A stretch of DNA of 39,117 nt from the NCBI GenBank assembly GCA_964610875.1, contig CAZSWP010000034.1, positions 1 to 39,117 of the forward strand, written 5' to 3'. This document shows positions 10,001-17,901 of the stretch, piece by piece. The DNA comes from an uncultured archaeon (GTDB lineage: Archaea > Asgardarchaeota > Thorarchaeia > Thorarchaeales > Thorarchaeaceae). The notes beneath the pieces were generated by a model. That model saw only the letters and a program-made list of their open reading frames with translations, was not told the origin of the DNA and searched no databases. The position numbers and the translations under genes were made by a program. Each line of letters begins with the position of its first letter. The first letter of the stretch is position 1.

Positions 10001-10188
10001 GGTCGCGAACAGATACTAATAATCAGGACAAACCTTGACATTGTTGTGTAGGTGCTTATATAGGACCGGTAAGGATATTTTAGTGAGGGTGTCTTGACAC
10101 ACGATCTTACCCTCGCAAAGCCAGTCCCAGTACCGTTGTCTGGGAGGACAAAGCTTTGGTGTCCAGATTTGTCCAACTTACAATGAAC
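10001..10188 (+). other. Intervening element copy E2 (complete, about 185-188 nt, structured, intron-like)
   Basis: Removing 10001-10188 gives ...NGIMIG-FWIIALVYYRKK...; removing 10004-10188 gives ...IGWFW..., also in frame. Contains the ACCT..ACATTGT..AGGT hairpin, TTATAT, GGTAAG/CTTACC, the TCCCAG/CTGGGA hairpin and GGACAAA/TTTGTCC. Confidence 0.85.
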
Positions 10189-10280
10189 GGTTCTGGATTA
10201 TTGCATTAGTGTATTATAGAAAAAAGAATCTCTGGGAACAGATATGGCTGGGAAACTCTGAGGATTCTGAGGATGTTTAA
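10189..10280 (+). CDS. DUF4184-like membrane protein, 3' part (exon 2; too short for the ORF track)
   Basis: Reads FWIIALVYYRKKNLWEQIWLGNSEDSEDV*. It completes the transmembrane helix with a basic stop-transfer patch and ends 14 nt before the convergent gene. Confidence 0.75.
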
Positions 10281-10294
10281 TCAGAACAGAAAGC

Positions 10295-11089
10295 CTATGA
10301 TTTTGCTCTAACTACCATGTTCTGATGCATGTCTGAATCAAATGCAGATTTGTTGTAATCGGAGAATATCTCTGTCGAAGTGAAACCTGAGCTGTCCAGC
10401 ATGTTAATAATTTCATCATCATGTATATTCAATACAGACTGATATGATGTTGATACGTTCCAACCTTCTTTCTGTTCAATGAATGATGAAAGGACTAGCT
10501 CAAAAGGCTCTGAATCCTCACGAATATTAAAGAACCTTGAGAAGACTACTCTCTCACCAGTGTTGAGGTGTCCTGCTTTTTGTGGTATCAAAAAGATCTT
10601 GTTTTTGGAGATAAAGTTCCCATTTAGAACTTGGAATACGAAATATCTATCGGGTGCAAGAATTCCTTGGACGGATTTAAGCAGTCTTTTTACTGAACTC
10701 ATATCATCCATTAGAGCAAGAGAATTACCAAGACACAGGACAAGATCGAAAGGCGGTTCAACATAAGAGGGAAATTTCACCATATCATCAACAATCCATG
10801 TGATATCTAAGCCAAGACTCGTTGACTTTTCTTTTGCAGATTCAATCATCCTCTCACTAATATCAAGACCTACCGCACTGACCCCTTTCTCTGCAAGTGC
10901 TATCACATGTTTTCCCGTACCACACGCTAGGTCCAAGACACGACCTCTTGCATTGACTAGTGACTGTTGCAGAAAAGGCATCTCTCGCTGTAGACGTTTA
11001 GTCCAGTCTATAGTGTTATTATAGGCCAATGCCAATTCTTCAAAGGGATTCTCACTGTCCAAAGTATCACATCCAAATTGTATTTCCAT
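10295..11089 (-). CDS. Class I SAM-dependent methyltransferase
   Basis: VLDLACGTG, GLDIS and FDLVLCLGNSL motifs. Confidence 0.92.
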   Translation of the reverse strand: MEIQFGCDTLDSENPFEELALAYNNTIDWTKRLQREMPFLQQSLVNARGRVLDLACGTGKHVIALAEKGVSAVGLDISERMIESAKEKSTSLGLDITWIVDDMVKFPSYVEPPFDLVLCLGNSLALMDDMSSVKRLLKSVQGILAPDRYFVFQVLNGNFISKNKIFLIPQKAGHLNTGERVVFSRFFNIREDSEPFELVLSSFIEQKEGWNVSTSYQSVLNIHDDEIINMLDSSGFTSTEIFSDYNKSAFDSDMHQNMVVRAKS

Positions 11090-11095
11090 AAGGAT

Positions 11096-11476
11096 TCATA
11101 CAGTTCTCAACAAGTCTAACAATGGTCTTAGGATTTTGTTGACACGTAATGACACTTGAGAACTTAGTTCCTCTAATTCAGATATACCATCTGCTGTAAT
11201 TTGGTACAATCTTCTTTTTCTTCCAATCTGTTCACGTGTAGATTTCAAGAGACCTTCCTTCTCCATCCTTCGCAGTTCCGAATAGACTGTGCCAGATTTC
11301 AATGTGACCAGACCATTGCTAAATTCATCTATCGTATTCATAAGATCATATCCAGAGGACTCGGGTCGCTTCTTGATGAAAACCAACAATAGAAGACGGA
11401 CTAGTGGAATAGGTTCGAGAAGGTTAACATCTCTTGGGTTCAATGAGTTCTCTGTTCTCGAACCTATTTCATTCAT
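11096..11476 (-). CDS. PadR family transcriptional regulator
   Basis: SGYDLM, GTVYSELRRMEKEGLL and RRLYQITADG motifs. Confidence 0.93.
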   Translation of the reverse strand: MNEIGSRTENSLNPRDVNLLEPIPLVRLLLLVFIKKRPESSGYDLMNTIDEFSNGLVTLKSGTVYSELRRMEKEGLLKSTREQIGRKRRLYQITADGISELEELSSQVSLRVNKILRPLLDLLRTV

Positions 11477-11511
11477 ATTTCACACCACTATTTCCAGTAG
11501 ATACTTGACAT

Positions 11512-12006
11512 TCATGGTGATGTTAGTTCTATAGTACTTATCGCAGAGAGAGAACCAGATACTAATAGCACACCAAGACCAAGAATGACATTTACTACTA
11601 GCAAAAGCATATTGATCTTCTGATGAGTCCTATTGTTTGGATTCATCTTCCTGGGTAGAACAAAACCACGCATAAAGGCAATTATCACCATTACTGCAAT
11701 AATCAGATGTTTCAGAGTGAGAAGGAGATTATAGGTTGATGATACCACCAAAAACCCAGTAAAAAGAGGACTACTGTTACTCAATAATATTCCAGTAATG
11801 AGTAGACCAACAATACAAACCCATGCCAACTTACTAAGTCTAGTCCGAATTACATCCACAAGTTTCTTTGACTCAGGACCCTTACCTAGAGTATTCTTCA
11901 CAGAGGGTAATACTACAGATAACTGGATGAACATTCCACCAATCCAGATTGCCGTGAATGCATCATGAAGAAACCGTACAAGACTGAGAACAATCATATT
12001 AGCCAT
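11512..12006 (-). CDS. CopD/DUF4149-like four-helix membrane protein
   Basis: FLHDAFTAIWIGG, LITG and LLTLKH motifs. Confidence 0.7.
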   Translation of the reverse strand: MANMIVLSLVRFLHDAFTAIWIGGMFIQLSVVLPSVKNTLGKGPESKKLVDVIRTRLSKLAWVCIVGLLITGILLSNSSPLFTGFLVVSSTYNLLLTLKHLIIAVMVIIAFMRGFVLPRKMNPNNRTHQKINMLLLVVNVILGLGVLLVSGSLSAISTIELTSP

Positions 12007-12023
12007 TTTTTTGCACCTACTAG

Positions 12024-12058
12024 TTTACATATATGTATATAATCTACATGTGGATAAT
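12024..12058. promoter_or_regulatory. Palindromic operator candidates overlapping a TATA-like tract upstream of the CopD-like/PadR pair
   Basis: Adjacent dyads TACATATATGTA and ATCTACATGTGGAT next to TTATATA on the minus strand. PadR autoregulation is inferred. Confidence 0.45.
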
Positions 12059-12096
12059 CAATATATATTTCGCTATGCGTCTGTTTGCGGTAAAGT

Positions 12097-12918
12097 CTAT
12101 GGTAAGAACGGACCAACCTCGTCATCAGAAAACAGTACTCTTCCTTCCATGCCACCAGCAACAGTAATTGTCTGACCACTAATGTGACCAGCAAGAATGT
12201 CAGATGCCAAGAAAATGATGGCATTTGCGATATCCTTCGGTTTTGCAACTTTTCTCATAGGGATGGTTTGAATGATCCTACCAACCATATCACTATCACT
12301 GAGAGCTTCTTCAGCCATGGGAGTATGTGTCCAACCAGGATTGACCAGATTTACTCTGCCCAGTTCAGCAAGATGAGGGATTTCATTCTTCAGGCTCATC
12401 ATGAGGCCATGAAGAGCCGCTTTCGATGATGAATAATCACAGTACCATGCTTCACCAAAGAGACCTGCTGTGGATCCAACTAGAATTAGTGATCCATGCC
12501 TAGCGGGATGTCTCTCCAAGTTTTGGAAGAAATGTTTCGCACACAGAAATACTCCTCTAAGATTGACTGCCATGGTATTGTTCCATTGTTCAACAGGCAT
12601 CTCGTGTATACCAACACCTTCATGATTAGCAATACCTGCATTGGCTACAGTTATGTCAACTCGTCCAAATCTTTGCTCAGCCTGCCTAAACATCTTTGAG
12701 ACAGCGTCTTCTTCTCTAATATCTGCGGATATAGGAGTAAGACTATCAGGATATTCTTTCACCATTTCCTCGAGATTTTGTAGGTTTGTATGATAGTGTG
12801 CAGTTACTTTAGCACCTTCTTCCAGAGCCGTTCGTGTTACTTCCAGACCTATTCCACCAGAAGCACCAGTAATGAGAATTTGTTTTCCATCCAATCCGGA
12901 GTCCATTCCAAACACCAA
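12097..12918 (-). CDS. Short-chain dehydrogenase/reductase
   Basis: ITGASGGIG, VANAG, YSSSK and VNPG motifs. Confidence 0.93.
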   Translation of the reverse strand: MVFGMDSGLDGKQILITGASGGIGLEVTRTALEEGAKVTAHYHTNLQNLEEMVKEYPDSLTPISADIREEDAVSKMFRQAEQRFGRVDITVANAGIANHEGVGIHEMPVEQWNNTMAVNLRGVFLCAKHFFQNLERHPARHGSLILVGSTAGLFGEAWYCDYSSSKAALHGLMMSLKNEIPHLAELGRVNLVNPGWTHTPMAEEALSDSDMVGRIIQTIPMRKVAKPKDIANAIIFLASDILAGHISGQTITVAGGMEGRVLFSDDEVGPFLP

Positions 12919-12982
12919 CTAGTAGAAGGATAAACTGCCTTAGAAGCCTAACGTCGATAACATATAGTAGATATATAGATTC

Positions 12983-14014
12983 ATGAATTATTGGGAGAGG
13001 ATTATCTTGATAGCACGAAGACTCAGAGCGATTTGGAAACCAGAGATGTATCAGGGAAGGAAACAGATGCGGGACTACTTTGAGGGCTGGTATTTCAAAA
13101 TGGTTGACAAGACCTCAACACATGCATATGCGATTATCCCAGGTATTTCATTTGGAGAAACGCTGGAAGATAGCCATTCTTTCGTTCAGGTCCTTCGTGG
13201 AATAGATGCATCTACATCATATGTCAACTACCGTGTGGATGATTTCAGAGCCTCCGATAATGTTTTTCATCTACAGATAGCAGACAACGTGTTCAGCCTG
13301 TCAGAGATATCAGTCAACCTGACGGAGGGAGAAATCCCCGTGAGAGGAACACTTCACTTTGAAGGCATTAAAGGATGGCCAGTAAAAAGACTCTCACCCG
13401 GCGCAATGGGACCTTTCCGGTTCCTTCCGAGGATGCAATGTCTTCATGGGATTCTGAGTTTTGACCATGATATCACTGGCAGTCTGTTGATTGACAACGA
13501 AGAGATTGAATTCACAGGGGGCAGGGGATATATAGAAAAAGACTGGGGAAAGGAATTTCCCAGTGCATGGATATGGATGCAGTCAAACCATTTCTCACAG
13601 CAAGGAATATCCTTTACATCCTCTATTGCTACAATTCCTTGGATGGGTTCTTCATTCCCAGGATTCTTGATAGGACTCCTATATGACAACAAAATCTATA
13701 GATTTACAACATACACAAGAGCCAAGGTTTCCAATCCAGAAGTATCAGACAAAAAGGTAAAATTTACGGTCAGTGACAAGAAACACATACTTGAGGTTAC
13801 AGCGATAAGGTCTGGAGGTGGCTCACTTAGGTCGCCAATCCAGGGTCTTATGACCGGGAGAATAATGGAGAGTCTTGAATCACAGATACAACTCAGATTC
13901 TTCCGCCATCGTGGAAACACCAGAGAACTGATTTTCGAAGACGAAGGACAAAAAGCAGGTTTAGAAGTTGTTGGAGATATGAGCGCTATCAATGCAGTCG
14001 AAGTCGAATCCTAG
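12983..14014 (+). CDS. Tocopherol cyclase family protein
   Basis: YFEGWYFK, AMGPF and GYIEKDWGKEFPSAWIWMQ motifs. Confidence 0.88.
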   Translation: MNYWERIILIARRLRAIWKPEMYQGRKQMRDYFEGWYFKMVDKTSTHAYAIIPGISFGETLEDSHSFVQVLRGIDASTSYVNYRVDDFRASDNVFHLQIADNVFSLSEISVNLTEGEIPVRGTLHFEGIKGWPVKRLSPGAMGPFRFLPRMQCLHGILSFDHDITGSLLIDNEEIEFTGGRGYIEKDWGKEFPSAWIWMQSNHFSQQGISFTSSIATIPWMGSSFPGFLIGLLYDNKIYRFTTYTRAKVSNPEVSDKKVKFTVSDKKHILEVTAIRSGGGSLRSPIQGLMTGRIMESLESQIQLRFFRHRGNTRELIFEDEGQKAGLEVVGDMSAINAVEVES

Positions 14015-14511
14015 TCAGACGTCTTCCAAAGAATCCTGTGAAATCTGTCTACTAGAACATCAGGCCAGCTGCCAATGGATCTCAATAGCAGGTCTGCAGT
14101 CAATGTAGTGTTGTCATCAATCATGATTTCTTGAAGCTCGGAACAATGGAACAGTGGAGAGAGGTCAACAGTAGATAGAGAATTTCCCTTTAGATCAACC
14201 TCTCGCAGATGCGGACAATCATTCAATGGTTCAAGATCAATTTGCTTCAACTTATTATGAGAGAGACGTAGAGCTTCCAGATTGACACATTTAGACAATG
14301 GAGTCAAGTCGATAGATTGCAAGTTATTGTGTCTGATGTTAATGAACTTCAGTCTGGGGCACCAGATTAAAGGTAGGAGGTCAACTGATTCAATATCACG
14401 TAGATCAAGATTGAGTCCTTCTTGGTCAACAGGATGGCATATCGAGTGTTCTGTTCCTGTGCTCGTAATATATCGAATCAGAACTTCTTCCACACAGGTG
14501 CCTCCACTCAA
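14011..14511 (-). CDS. Leucine-rich repeat protein
   Basis: About four repeats of LxxLxLxxNxLxxIDLxPLxxC. Confidence 0.88.
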   Translation of the reverse strand: MSGGTCVEEVLIRYITSTGTEHSICHPVDQEGLNLDLRDIESVDLLPLIWCPRLKFINIRHNNLQSIDLTPLSKCVNLEALRLSHNKLKQIDLEPLNDCPHLREVDLKGNSLSTVDLSPLFHCSELQEIMIDDNTTLTADLLLRSIGSWPDVLVDRFHRILWKTSD

Positions 14512-14591
14512 TAATTGTATTGTTATCTGAATGTGAGCACATTTAACCTCTTAAGAGTTGGCTGCATTGAAAGCATTTTCAATAAATTGAT

Positions 14592-14753
14592 TTACTCCAC
14601 AGGCAATCTCGCCCAACTATTACATTGCGGGTAGAAAAACCACCAATTCATTGCTTTTGGTTCAACGCGAAGTTTGACCCCACACTCTTTATTCTGGCAT
14701 ACAAATTTTCCCTTTGGCCAAAGAGTAGAACAGACTGGACATCTTGTGATCAT
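14592..14753 (-). CDS. Small zinc-ribbon protein
   Basis: MITRCPVC...CQNKECG...LR motif; start taken at the internal ATG. Confidence 0.55.
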   Translation of the reverse strand: MITRCPVCSTLWPKGKFVCQNKECGVKLRVEPKAMNWWFFYPQCNSWARLPVE

Positions 14754-15003
14754 ATTCGTGATTTCCTCCTTGGTTTTTTCCTCAGGATTTGATGATACTC
14801 GGAATGTCAATGATATCTTGATAATAATGATCAAACCTGATTATAAGATGTGGAGAGTAACTGATTGTCAATTTGAAACGCCATAATTGAATAGGAATTG
14901 CAGATTTCACTTCGTTACATCATCACATGTGTCAAAATGATGATTGAAGAGTCTTTCAAGTAGAGTCGACATGCAAAAATAGGAGAACTGTCCAACAAAA
15001 CTA

Positions 15004-15345
15004 GTGCCGATAGATAAGGACTTCAGAGAGAGATGGAAAAAGGACTCGACCCATAGGGGACATGCGGTCTGGCACTCGGATCGAGGTGGATCAGAAGAGA
15101 TACACGGAGACATTGTAGCAATCCATATCAATTCGTGCACGGGTTGCATGAAGTGTATCAGAGCATGTCCAGTCAATCTGCTAGAACCTTGGGCATCACA
15201 CCTTGGTTTGGTTGTAGATCCAGTTCGAGAAGCTGATTGTATCGAGTGTTTAGCATGCGAACTTGTCTGCCCAACAGATGCGATAGATATTCGCAGACAA
15301 GATGGATCGGAGGATACACTGGATTCTTTATTACGCGGCGAGTAG
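15004..15345 (+). CDS. 2x[4Fe-4S] ferredoxin
   Basis: CTGCMKCIRACP and CIECLACELVCP. Confidence 0.92.
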   Translation: MPIDKDFRERWKKDSTHRGHAVWHSDRGGSEEIHGDIVAIHINSCTGCMKCIRACPVNLLEPWASHLGLVVDPVREADCIECLACELVCPTDAIDIRRQDGSEDTLDSLLRGE

Positions 15346-15370
15346 ACTATAATTTGAGAGGTTTGGAGAT

Positions 15371-16630
15371 TTGTTCGAGATTCTAATGGATGAAAAAGAG
15401 ATAGCAATCAGAAATGAAGTAAGAGCTTTTGTAAAGGACAAAGTAGATCGTTCTTTGATAATCAAGATGGACTCCAAGGAGAAAGAATATCCATACGAGT
15501 TTGTCAGGGCATTAGGAAAAGTGAATCTACTAGGACTTAGATTTCCTGAGAAATATGGAGGGAGAAACTCAGGATGGGTTGCAGAAGCAGCTGCAATTGA
15601 GGAAATAGGTGTATTAGGTATTGCTCTAGGATGTGCATACTCGCTCCCTAGTATAATTGGTGAAGCAATAGTAAAATTTGGGAGTGAAGAACAAAAAGAA
15701 GAGTTCCTTGTTCCTTTACTCAAAGGAGAGAAGATTGCTGGAGAGGGGTTAACCGAACCCAGAAGCGGGTCCGATTTCTTCGGTACTATTACTACGGCAG
15801 CAAAAGATGGAGACGAGTATATCGTAAATGGTGAAAAGCGATTTGTTGCTGGGGGAATTGGAGCGGATTATTTCATCGTTTACGCTAAAACTGACTTCGA
15901 AGCCAAACCTCACAAATCAATCAGTGCATTGCTCATTGAGAGGGATGATGGAGTCAGAGTAGAGGAAGAATACGAATTGATGGGATGTAGAGGCATGGGA
16001 GCAGCGAGGATAGTCATGGAAGATACTAGAATACCAGCAAATCGTCTTGTTGGTGACCTCAATGGAGGCAATGACATATTCAATGCAATGATGGTCCCTG
16101 AAAGGTTGACCTCTGCAGCAGGAGCTATTGGCATGGGTAGGGTTGCAATGGAGATTGCAGCAAGATATGCAGACAAGCGAGAAGCATTCGGTAGGACGAT
16201 TAGAAAGTATGAAGGTATCAGCTTCAAAGTCGCTGATTGTGCGATGAAATTAGATGCAGCAAGAGGCCTAGTTTACAGAGCATCAAAGAAAGCAGATACT
16301 GGAGAATGGTGTAGGAAAGAGGTGTCTATGGCAAAGGCATATGGTACTGAAGCAGGATTTGAGGCAGTTCATGAAGCGATGCAAATCCTAGGTGGTATTG
16401 GATATACAGATGTCTATCCCATTGAGAGACTCTATCGTGATGCTAGGCTTGCTACCATTTGGACTGGATCTAATGAGGTCCAGAGGCTCATTATACAGAG
16501 CGAGGTGTTCAATGACATTCTTTCAGAAGATAGAAGCATGAAACGAGATGTTGAATTGGATACACCTGGTGCAGAAAAGACAAAGGAGAAAGTCTACAGC
16601 GAAGACCCGAGAAAGTACTATCCTAAATGA
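15371..16630 (+). CDS. Acyl-CoA dehydrogenase
   Basis: LTEPRSGSD, NGEKRF, REAFGRTI, QILGGIGY and ERLYRDAR motifs. The motif reads IWTGSNEVQR where many family members have IYEGT. Confidence 0.93.
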   Translation: MFEILMDEKEIAIRNEVRAFVKDKVDRSLIIKMDSKEKEYPYEFVRALGKVNLLGLRFPEKYGGRNSGWVAEAAAIEEIGVLGIALGCAYSLPSIIGEAIVKFGSEEQKEEFLVPLLKGEKIAGEGLTEPRSGSDFFGTITTAAKDGDEYIVNGEKRFVAGGIGADYFIVYAKTDFEAKPHKSISALLIERDDGVRVEEEYELMGCRGMGAARIVMEDTRIPANRLVGDLNGGNDIFNAMMVPERLTSAAGAIGMGRVAMEIAARYADKREAFGRTIRKYEGISFKVADCAMKLDAARGLVYRASKKADTGEWCRKEVSMAKAYGTEAGFEAVHEAMQILGGIGYTDVYPIERLYRDARLATIWTGSNEVQRLIIQSEVFNDILSEDRSMKRDVELDTPGAEKTKEKVYSEDPRKYYPK

Positions 16631-16649
16631 GGACCTGAACTGTTTAGTC

Positions 16650-16970
16650 CTAAAAGACCTCTTTAACGATGTTTTGGAGGATTACAAAATCTGCAAAGTT
16701 GCCCTCCCCTCGCTTCATACCATCGGGATAGATTGCGTCAACGCGACTTGCAAATTCTCGCAGAAGTCTACGGGTGTCAGACAATTCGGTCTTGATAAGA
16801 ACTGAATATACAACATGTTTTCCCATTTCATGTATCATCCTTATCTCACCAGCTCTGAGTTTCTTAGAAATCAGGTGAGGATTCTTCTTCAGTTCCTTAT
16901 CAAAGAAGTGAGAGAAGAGAGGAGCAGCTGTTGCTTCATCCAAGATAAGACACGCAAGAATATCAGACAC
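16650..16970 (-). CDS. Small longin-like domain protein (putative)
   Basis: N-terminal ILACLILDEATAAPLFSHFF hairpin pattern and C-terminal helices, resembling Asgard longin domains. Confidence 0.5.
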   Translation of the reverse strand: MSDILACLILDEATAAPLFSHFFDKELKKNPHLISKKLRAGEIRMIHEMGKHVVYSVLIKTELSDTRRLLREFASRVDAIYPDGMKRGEGNFADFVILQNIVKEVF

Positions 16971-17102
16971 AAATATCCCTCATATCAGTTAGTATGCACG
17001 GAATATGATTTTTGTGGCTAAACTGACATTATCTCCTGCCACTTGGCAAAAGTTAAATATTGTTAATACTTTGACTAAGCATAATCGAAACGAGGTAATA
17101 AA

Positions 17103-17267
17103 ATGAGTGACTTAGTATGCAAGATTTGTGGCGAGAAAGTTTCAGTACCAGTACACTGTGGAAAAGAGATGCACCAAGAAGGAGACCAAATCGTCTGCTG
17201 GATGGGTGCTAGTTGTGGACATCAAGATATACCCAAGCACTGTGGAGAATATATGGAACTCAAATAA
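17103..17267 (+). CDS. 54-aa double zinc-ribbon-like protein (not in the ORF track)
   Basis: MSDLVCKICGEKVSVPVHCGKEMHQEGDQIVCWMGASCGHQDIPKHCGEYMELK*, with a GAGGT ribosome-binding motif upstream. Confidence 0.8.
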   Translation: MSDLVCKICGEKVSVPVHCGKEMHQEGDQIVCWMGASCGHQDIPKHCGEYMELK

Positions 17268-17290
17268 AGAAAAAATTGTAGGGGAAGAAA

Positions 17291-17839
17291 ATGGCAGAAC
17301 TACTAAAGGAAATAGTTGATAGAAGAAGTGGACGGGCAATCAAGAAAGACCCTGTTCCTGACGAGATTGTCCAGTCAATTCTGGAAGCGGGACGCTGGGC
17401 TCCATCATGTGCTAATACTCAAGCTTGGAATTTTGTAGTTATTAAAGATCCTGATGCTTTGGCAGAAGCACATGAAGCAGTAAGCAGAGGGAATGCTTGG
17501 GGAAAGAATGCACCGGTAATGATTCTTGTTACTGCTAAGGAAGATGGTGGTTGTGGATCACATGGATTACCATATTTTATGATGGATATCGGTCTCACAA
17601 CACAGAACATACTTCTTCAAGCAGTCCATCTTGGACTCATGGCACATCCTACTGCAGGATGGGATGAAGACAGGTTGAAGGAGATTACAGGTGTCCCTGA
17701 AGAGTATAGAATTGGGACAGTCATCTTCATTGGATATGAAGGTGAAATCGAAGACTTGGATGAAAGAACTCAAGAGAAAGAAAGGAAACCACGTACAAGA
17801 AGACCTCTCTCAGATATTGTACACTACAACAAGTGGTAA
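17291..17839 (+). CDS. Nitroreductase family protein
   Basis: RRSGR, RWAPSCANTQAW and QNILLQAVHLGL motifs. Confidence 0.93.
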   Translation: MAELLKEIVDRRSGRAIKKDPVPDEIVQSILEAGRWAPSCANTQAWNFVVIKDPDALAEAHEAVSRGNAWGKNAPVMILVTAKEDGGCGSHGLPYFMMDIGLTTQNILLQAVHLGLMAHPTAGWDEDRLKEITGVPEEYRIGTVIFIGYEGEIEDLDERTQEKERKPRTRRPLSDIVHYNKW

Positions 17840-17901
17840 TTGAACTGATGAGAAGGGTTTTCAGCATGTGTTTCAAAATAGAATGATGTGGTGGTACGTC
17901 A

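Noticed and set aside
9841-10176. 111-aa minus-strand ORF overlapping E2, as an element-encoded protein
   Set aside because: It has no recognisable motif, runs antisense into the host gene and has no counterpart in E1.
10001-10191. GGT at both ends of E2 as a 3-bp target-site duplication of a MITE
   Set aside because: There are no terminal inverted repeats, and E1's junction context and predicted right flank do not fit a duplication. Not fully excluded, because only one complete copy is visible.
10185-10196. GAACGGTTCTG resembles the 3' strand of group II intron domain V
   Set aside because: There is no AGC/CGC-triad 5' strand at the right spacing and no GUGYG start, and most of the match is exon-2 coding sequence.
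12030-12058. ACATGT-AGA-TTATATAC on the minus strand looks like the element motif
   Set aside because: The CCT/AGG stem and all other core motifs are missing. It is better explained as a promoter with a palindromic operator.
17128-17339. ORF-track entries of 63 and 65 aa in this interval
   Set aside because: They are shadow frames of the better-supported 17103-17267 miniprotein and the nitroreductase start.
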